Origin: Verrucomicrobiales bacterium
GTDB lineage: Bacteria; Verrucomicrobiota; Verrucomicrobiia; Verrucomicrobiales; DEV007
Length of the DNA stretch: 64,000 nt
NCBI GenBank assembly: GCA_029212615.1
Contig: JARGPJ010000007.1
Span: 70,354 to 134,353, forward strand
Direction: 5' to 3'
In this document: in pieces, positions 11,801-19,486 of the stretch
How the letters are laid out: each line of letters begins with the position of its first letter
How positions within the stretch are numbered: position 1 is the stretch's first letter
Made by a program: the position numbers and the translations under genes
The notes under the pieces: model-generated
What the model saw: the letters and a program-made list of their open reading frames with translations, nothing else
Database searches by the model: none
What the model was told of the DNA's origin: nothing

Positions 11801-14800
11801 GAAAATCGCTACGTCATGATCGGCCACGGCGGATTCGGGAGTAATGGAAGTCATGGAGCCGCTGATGAGGAGATTCGGGTCACTTCTTCTTTGGGGAGTA
11901 TCAATTTTTCAGGGGGCCCGCATTCGAATCATTTCGCTCAGCTAGGTAATGGTGGACGCGGCTCATTGGGAGATCATCAGGGATCGATCTTTGTCAGCGC
12001 AGGAGCAGCCATCAATTTCATTGCCGGGAGCGGAAATGATTCTTATGTGCAGTTGGGGCATGGCGGATATGGCGCTCGCGGAGATCATGGCGGAACTCGC
12101 TTGGTGGAAGGGGTGACGGTCAATCAGGTGATCGACGTTCAGGCGGCGACGGGGATTACTTTTACTGCCGGTCTGGATACCGATACTCTTGAGACAGATG
12201 CAAATGCAGGCAATATGAGAGCCTATGCTCAGCTCGGTCACGGAGGACGCGACGCCGACAATCCGAATCCGGGGAACTATGCCGACAACACTGCAGGTAC
12301 CGCAGGTTTCCCGACGGTGGCACAGCGGGTGGGGAATACTGCTGACATTAGTGTCGTGACGACTGGTGGTGACATTTCAGTGCGGAGTGGAACGCAACGG
12401 GAGAGCTACGCGCAGTTCGGACATGGAGGAGCGTATACGGATGGGGACCACACAGGTGACATGGTCGTTCGTGCGGATGAGGGATCGATCACCTTTGACG
12501 CGAAGACCAGCGTATCCACCGATCCGGATGACCCGACTGATCCAGGCAGTGCGACAGGGTCGAACAATCCAAACGCCCGCTACGTCATGATGGGGCACGG
12601 AGGATATTATGCGTCGGGCAGTCATCACGGCGATATCACTGCCACGGCCGGGACTGACGGAAGCATTTCCTTCTCAGGTGGAAACGGAGATGGAAATGCC
12701 TATGCTCAACTGGGGCATGGAGGAAGGAATGACGACCGGAAGGCCTCGAATGAGAACAACTACAATGATCGCTATTATTCGGGCACTTTGTCCGGTGATA
12801 TTACGGTGACCGCCGATGTGAATATTACTTTTGAGGGAGGTAGCGGAGGTAGCACATATGCTCAGATCGGGCATGGAGGGCTTCGCTCCTCTGCTGATGT
12901 CGATGAAGGGCATGAAGGCACCATTGGGGTTACGGCTTTGAATGGATCGGTTTCCCTGATCGGGGGAACCGGTAGCAATGCCTTTGCCATTGCCGGTCAC
13001 GGAGGATTTCAGTCGATGGGAAATCACGGGATGTTCGATGCGGACGGTTCCGGAATGATTGAGAATGCGATCACGGTTACGGGAGAGACAGGGGTAATCG
13101 TTCAGGGCCGCAGTACTTACGCTTTCGCCCAAATTGGGCATGGAGGATTCAGCTCTTCGTTCGATTCAAGTTTTCTTGGTTCTCCAGAACAAGGTGCAAC
13201 AAATTACCACCTCAATATACCGGTTGCGACGCCGCTCGGTACAGCCGGGAATGTGACGGTGACGTCGAATAGCGGAGGATTGATTCTCGGAGGAGCGTCT
13301 ACGGGGACGGATGGCTATAGTCAGATCGGAAATGGAGGTAGGGCAACCTTCGGTTCGCACACCGGAAATATCACCGTTGATGTTAAGAATAGCATCGATA
13401 TCGAAGCAGGTAGTGGTAGTCGAACCTACGCGATGATCGGAAACGGAGGAAATTCTACGACTGGGACAAACTCAGTAAATGATGGAACGATCACCGTGAA
13501 AAGTTCTGCCGGCTCGCTGTCGCTCGATGGGGGAAGCAGTGGTTCCGCCGGAGCCCAGATTGGGCACGGCGGAGTGAATACGAGATCTGCCACCGGGCTT
13601 ACGACAGATAGTGCGAGGATAGAAGTCAGTATTGCCGGCGCGATCGATCTAACGGCCGGGAGCGGTAACAATGCTTTTGCGCAAATCGGACATGGCGGCA
13701 CGAATTCTAACAGGGATCACCTGGGTAATATTTGTGTCCATGCCGGGAGCACGATCACTCTGGATGCTTATGATAAAGAGGAAACGTCGGGCACGAACTC
13801 ATATGTTCAGATCGGAAACGGGGGATTCAATGCGTGGGCAGACCACAGCGGAAATATCACTGTCGTTTCCGGAACCTCTGCGGCAGGCGGGATTTCTCTT
13901 CTTGGTGGCGGGGACAAAGGGCGCTCAGCGCAGATTGGGCATGGGGGCGCAAACGCCGCAGCTCGTATCGTTAATCTTGCCGGCGAAATCGTGGTCGTTT
14001 CAGACAACGGAGGGGGACTTACGATGAAGGGCGGAAATGAGATTGAGAGTTTCTCTATGGTGGGTCATGGCGATGGTTACGGCACCTATGGAGATCCTGA
14101 CAGTGGAAACACCGGAGGAACCCGTCAGGGAGGTATTCAGTACTATATCGATGATGCCTATTCCTTCACGGCGGGGGGGACGGACAGCAATGTTTATCTA
14201 CATCACCGGACAAACACGGATGGAGGGTTAAACCTGGACAGCCCGAGCCCGACTTATCTTGGCGGTAGTGGATATCAATTCCTCGTGAATGATATCGGAA
14301 ACAGTGTTGATTCGACAAGTGGCGGGGCCTTTGAAGGAAACAACGTGATGATCGGTGGGAACGTTGGCCTTGGCGATGTGGTCGTGACGTTCGATGGTGA
14401 TCTCACGGTGGATGTTCCAGATTCCTTTGTTTTTGACAGTGTGGACCACGATTTCAACTTCGTGGTGCTTGCGACGGGTAATCTGAATTTTAATCGGAAT
14501 TATCAGAATGCCGGCACCGGAGATGTTGCTCTCGTGGCCGGTTGGAGTGGTGTTCAGGCTCCTTCGAGCGTTACTTATGTGGAAGTTGACGGGGAACTCA
14601 GTTTCTGTGATCCGATTCTCTCAGCCGGAGCTGCAGATTATGACGATAAGACCTCATGGGGAAATATTGCCGGTGGTGATCATGCCGGGGCGGGCGCTTC
14701 CGGAGGTAGGCTGACGATAGGGGATGCTGCGAATACCGGTTCGGTCGTCGTTGGAACACAAGGTGGATCGACTATTCTACGCGGCTATGAGATTGAGATT

Positions 14801-17800
14801 CTCGGTGGTGCAAGTGCCGACGCATTCACTCAGGTTGGTTTTATTACAAGTGTAGGGAGCGTTGCCGGTGCCGATCCTGCCCTGGCGGGATATAGGCCTT
14901 CGATAGACATTCAAGCCCGCGAGGGAGGCCTCACTTTGCAGGGGGGAGAAGGAGCTGGAGCTTATGCGCAGATCGGTCACGGTGGTGCAGACTCCACCGC
15001 TACGCAGATTGGCGATACTTTCGGTGCTGATATCGTGATTTCGTTTTGCGAGCCGGGTGATCTCATCCTCGGTTCGCTTACTGCCGGAGGCTATGCCCAG
15101 ATTGGCCACGGAGGTAGTGGTGCTTCGTTTACCGGGATCGATGGCGATATCACGATTGGCGGGGCCCGGGAAGTGGATCTTCAGGGAGGAGATACTGCCG
15201 GTGCCTATGTGCAAATTGGGCACGGGGGAGACAACACCGGTGTCGCGACTGTAGGTGCAAAAGAAGGTCTCATCCAGATCTCCGAATCGACCAGTATCAC
15301 CGTGGAAGGGGGATCGACTTCCGATACTTTTGCTCAGATTGGGCATGGTGGTAACGAGAACCTCGGAGATAGCAGTGGCAATATTGAACTTACCACGACC
15401 GGTAAACTTGAGATTATGTCAGGATCCGGAACTGATTCATACGCTCAGGTGGGGCACGGAGGGCGCCTCGCTGACGGAGATCACGGAGTGGCCGGTGATA
15501 AGATTGACGTAAAGGCCGCTTCGCTGAATGTGCAGGCGGTGGGAACCACTGCGCATGCTCAGCTCGGTCATGGTGGATATCAGACAGAGGGGAATTACAC
15601 GGCCGACATTCTGGTGAACTTTAACTCGACTCCGGCGGCCCCGGGAGCGCTTGAGGTCACGGCGAGTGACGGTTCGAACGCTTACGCTCAAATCGGACAT
15701 GGTGGTGCCATTAATGTGACGGGAAATGACAATACTAAAGGCGGCGATATTGATGTCAGTGGTTTCAGTAGTGTGGCTCTGACGGGGGGGAGTGGATTTG
15801 ACGCCTTTGCTCAAATTGGACACGGTGGTGACGGGAATGATGGCGATATCACGGGTGACGTCCGCGTCGATACGACAGGGGCAGTGACCCTTCAGGGGGA
15901 TGCGGCGGCAGTAGATGATCGTGGAGATGGCTATGTTCAGATTGGACACGGTGGTCACGAAGTGGATGGCATCATCGGTGCAGCTGATGGATCGAACGAG
16001 ACAGTGGTGATCGCTGATGGCGGTGTCTCACTGGCGGGTGGAGGACGCCCCCGGGCCTATGCTCAAATCGGATTCGGTGGCAATGGTAGCGACGCAAGCA
16101 CGATCATTACCGGCGGAACCTATGTTAATTTTGATCCTGCTACGATGTCTGAGGACGGCGGTGGGGCAATCAGCCTGACAGGAGGAGCCGGTGAATCGGC
16201 TTCGGCGATGATCGGCATGGGAGGCGTTGACTCTGCTGCGGCTCTTGAAGGGGATGTGACCGTCTATGGGGCAAGTCTCGGTCTCACGGCAACGACTTCT
16301 GCTGGTGCAGAGAGCTCAAGTGCTCAAATCGGTCATCGTGGCGATGGCGTTGAAGGAGAGATTCTGGTTGAGGTGGACGGAAATGCCACGATATCGGCAG
16401 CCTCCGGAATCAGGGGCTTTGCTACGGTCGGTCACGGCGATGCCAATAATTCTGATGGAGTGACGGAGGGAAATATTCACCTTGGAGTGGGTGGAAACCT
16501 GCAGCTCAATTCCGGTGACGGTTCCGGTGGAAATTTCGCTACGGTTGGGCATGCACGGAATTCCGAAGGAAGCATCGGCGGAGATATTTTCGCTCATGTG
16601 GACGGCAGTGCTATCTTGAATGCAGCGGCGGCGAACTCTTCCAGTTCGAACAGTCAGATCGGCCACTTCGGCTTCAGTGGCGAGGTCGACTCGACAGGAG
16701 TTGTCACGCTGCTGGCGACTGATGGTGTTGTATTGACGGCTTCAGCAGGAAGCATGGGTGCCGCACAAGTAGGGCACAGCAGTCTCGGCGGGGGAGATTT
16801 CTCCGGAAGTGTCTCTGTGGTTTCAGAAGGCAATATTGCTCTGACGGGAGGATCTGATGCTTCCAGCGTTGCCGCAATCGGGCACGGATTAGCCTCAGTT
16901 TCCGGAACGCACACGGGGGGTGTCAATGTCTACACTACCGGTTCGATCACGATGAGTGATGGCGCCAGCGGCGGAGCCCTGATATCGCACCAGACGTCCG
17001 AGGGTGTTGCTGAGGTTGACTATCTCGCTTCTGAGGGAGGTGATAGCGGTTACTCTATCGTTGCCCTTGGCGGCCTTGATCTGGCGGATACCCTCGATCA
17101 GCAGACCGGAGACAGCGGCGTCATTACTTTGACGGAGACCATCGCCAAAGCGCTCGTTGCCGATGATGTCACGATTGCGTCGGGTGGCACAGCAAACAAT
17201 CTTGTGATCGGTGATGGAACGCAGTCGGTCACCTACGATTCAGACAATAACCTTGCGATTCTCTCGGGAGGCGATTTGACGATTAACTCAGGGATTCAAA
17301 ACACCGGGGAGGGAGCGATCGGCCTGCTCGCCGGGTGGAGCAACAGTGGAAGCACGGCGGCGTTGGCTCCGCTCATGGCAGGACTGCATGACAAGGCGGT
17401 TCCTGTTCTGGGTGATCTGGCGCTTCCCGATTTTTCCTCGATCAGTATCAACGGTCCGGTCGCGGCGACGGAATTTGGTGACGACAGTGCGATTGTCCGC
17501 ATTGGTGACGGGACTCAGACAACCGGTATCAGTGTAGGTTCAAGAAATGGCGTCACTGAGATTCTGGGTGACGGAATTGAGGTGACCGGAAGCATGGCTG
17601 ATGATGCCTATGCGCAGCTTGGATACTTCAGTCCGGACGCAACGACGGACACTTCGACAATCGATGGCGATCTGAACCTTTCATCCGGCGCCGGCGGCAT
17701 CACGGTGGAAGGAGGGCGTGGGGAGAATACCTTTGCTCAAGTCGGTCACGGGGGCATCCTCGAAGGGCCTGAAATTGACGCTGATATCGATGTGCGGCTC

Positions 17801-19486
17801 ACTGCGGCGGGTGCAATCAGTGTTTCAGGCGGGGGTGATGAATTTGCCTATGCTCAGCTTGGACACGGCGGATCTGGTTATGTGGGTGACCTTGGTGGTT
17901 CGATCATCACCGATGGAAATGTCACGACTGCCACCGTCGAAGGAGGGACTTCAACCGGTGCTTACGCTCAGTTGGGTCATGGCGGGGCCGAATCGGAAGG
18001 CGCGAAGACAGGCGTGATCACTCTGGAAGCTGAATCTATTCTCGTGGATGGTGGTTCACTTGGGCTTGCCAGTGCTCAGATCGGTCATGGCGGTAATGCG
18101 TCGAGCGGCACGCTTGAGGGAGCGCTTACAGTGACCTCAACGGTGGGCGATGTGACAGTGTCCGGAGGAGATTTTTCCGGGGCAAATGCTCAGATCGGAC
18201 ATGGCGGGTTGGAGTTCAGTGGTGCGGTAACTTCACAGCCTCTCACCATTACTTCAGCCAATGACGTTCTTGTTTCAGGTGGAACGACAACGAGTGGAAT
18301 GATTGGGCATGGCGGGACCCTGGCTTCAGGCGGGCCGATTCGCAGTGATATCACGGTCACGGCGGCAGGGGACGTGACCCTGAACGATGGAAGCGGCGCC
18401 CTCGCCTTTGCCCAGATCGGAAATGGAGGTGCTGTTGCCGGCGGTACGCAGGGCGGGGATATTTCAGTCACTGGAGTTAATGTTAATCTGACGTCCACGG
18501 GGACCATTGCGGGGACTTACACGAAGATTGGCCATGGAGATTATTACCGTGGGGCCCTGGCGAGCTTCGGTGGTACAGGAGCCCGTGAGGGGGATATTGA
18601 AGTGAGTGCAACAGGAGATGTCATCCTCTCGAAATCCCTGATCGGTCATGGAAGCGCAAACAGTCAGGCGTTGATTGACCCTGCGAGCAGCACTCAGATC
18701 AAAGCGGGTGATGACCTTATCGCCAATGCAGATTCCCAGTTGAACGGGGGATCGGAGTTTCGAGCCTATCTCAATGAGCGTAAGGACAACAAGGTGGCAT
18801 CCGGTGTCGTCATTAATGGCGATGCTACGTGGACAGGTGCTGAGACGGACCCCTCTCCTCAAGTCGACAGTGAATTCACTCGCTCCATCACCGGTGAGAA
18901 TCCAAGTTCACCTTTGGAGCACACGGGGGCGTTTGACAGTGGGCCGGAACCGACCAACCCTGCTGGATTTGCCTTCTATTACGACACAATTGCCATCGGC
19001 GTTGCCGATGGAACGGATCCCGATCCCGGTCCAGGAGGCGGTCCGGATCCTGTGCCAGGAGGTGGCGGTACCGGAGGAGATCCTCTTGGCGAGGTGGCTA
19101 ATACTGCAAATCAAGGAAGTACTTCATTCTGGAGCGATGTTATTGCAGCAATAGGTGGGAGTGATGAGTTGTCTCCTGAAGATCGACTTATCCGGGAGAA
19201 TCAGAAAGCGCAGGAGGAATACATCACACGATTCAACAACTTCATCATCGAGTACCGGGGGTTTGATCAATATTCTCCTTCAGGTGAAAGCATCTATTCC
19301 TACATTTTATCAAGCGGCAGACTGCTTGAGGCCGGAGCAGAGGCAGATGCGGATGAAGAAGATGCCCTTCGTCGACTGCGCCGCACGATGCAGCAAATTC
19401 AGGCGTCTGAGGAAGCTCAGGAAGAGAATGCCGCTCAGGAGCAAGCGAGTGAAGAGATGGGAGATGTTCCTCTCGCGGTGCGTTAG
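2846..19486 (+). CDS. Giant TpsA/filamentous-haemagglutinin-like exoprotein (~5,550 aa) with AQIGHGG repeats
   Basis: Uninterrupted ORF. The track starts at TTG 2723. ATG 2846 is preferred because it gives a basic-then-hydrophobic signal peptide ending [10 protein letters not shown]. TPS domain motifs: 'IINWDDFSI', 'VLNRVTG', '[11 protein letters not shown]'. Later come 'GGFAEISG' and '[10 protein letters not shown]'. The body is a Gly/Asp/Ser/Thr-rich beta-repeat. Confidence 0.9.
   Translation: [5546 protein letters not shown]
2972..3360 (+). other. Haemagglutination-activity/TPS secretion domain of the giant protein (approximate limits)
   Basis: [10 protein letters not shown]...QINQNS...IINWDDFSI...[34 protein letters not shown] matches the canonical TpsA N-terminal domain pattern. 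Confidence 0.88.
5135..18655 (+). repeat. Coding repeat array: ~75 copies of [FY]-[AV]-[QM]-[ILV]-G-H-G-G separated by 'G.I.V' / 'I...AG/GG' beta-strand spacers
   Basis: Hand count from the translation: about 76 motifs, about 68 with His. The rest read GNGG, GFGG or GMGG. Codons differ between copies, so this is an old protein-level repeat, not a DNA tandem repeat. Confidence 0.9.

Noticed and set aside
5135-18655. Recurrent DNA 'attggtcatggtgg'-like words as a possible CRISPR or DNA tandem array
   Set aside because: The copies vary at synonymous positions, are irregularly spaced and stay in one reading frame. This is a protein repeat.
2942-19360. Dozens of short antisense or alternate-frame ORFs inside the giant gene (e.g. 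9716-10459, 247 aa)
   Set aside because: Shadow ORFs expected from GC-rich, Gly-rich codon usage. No recognisable motifs.
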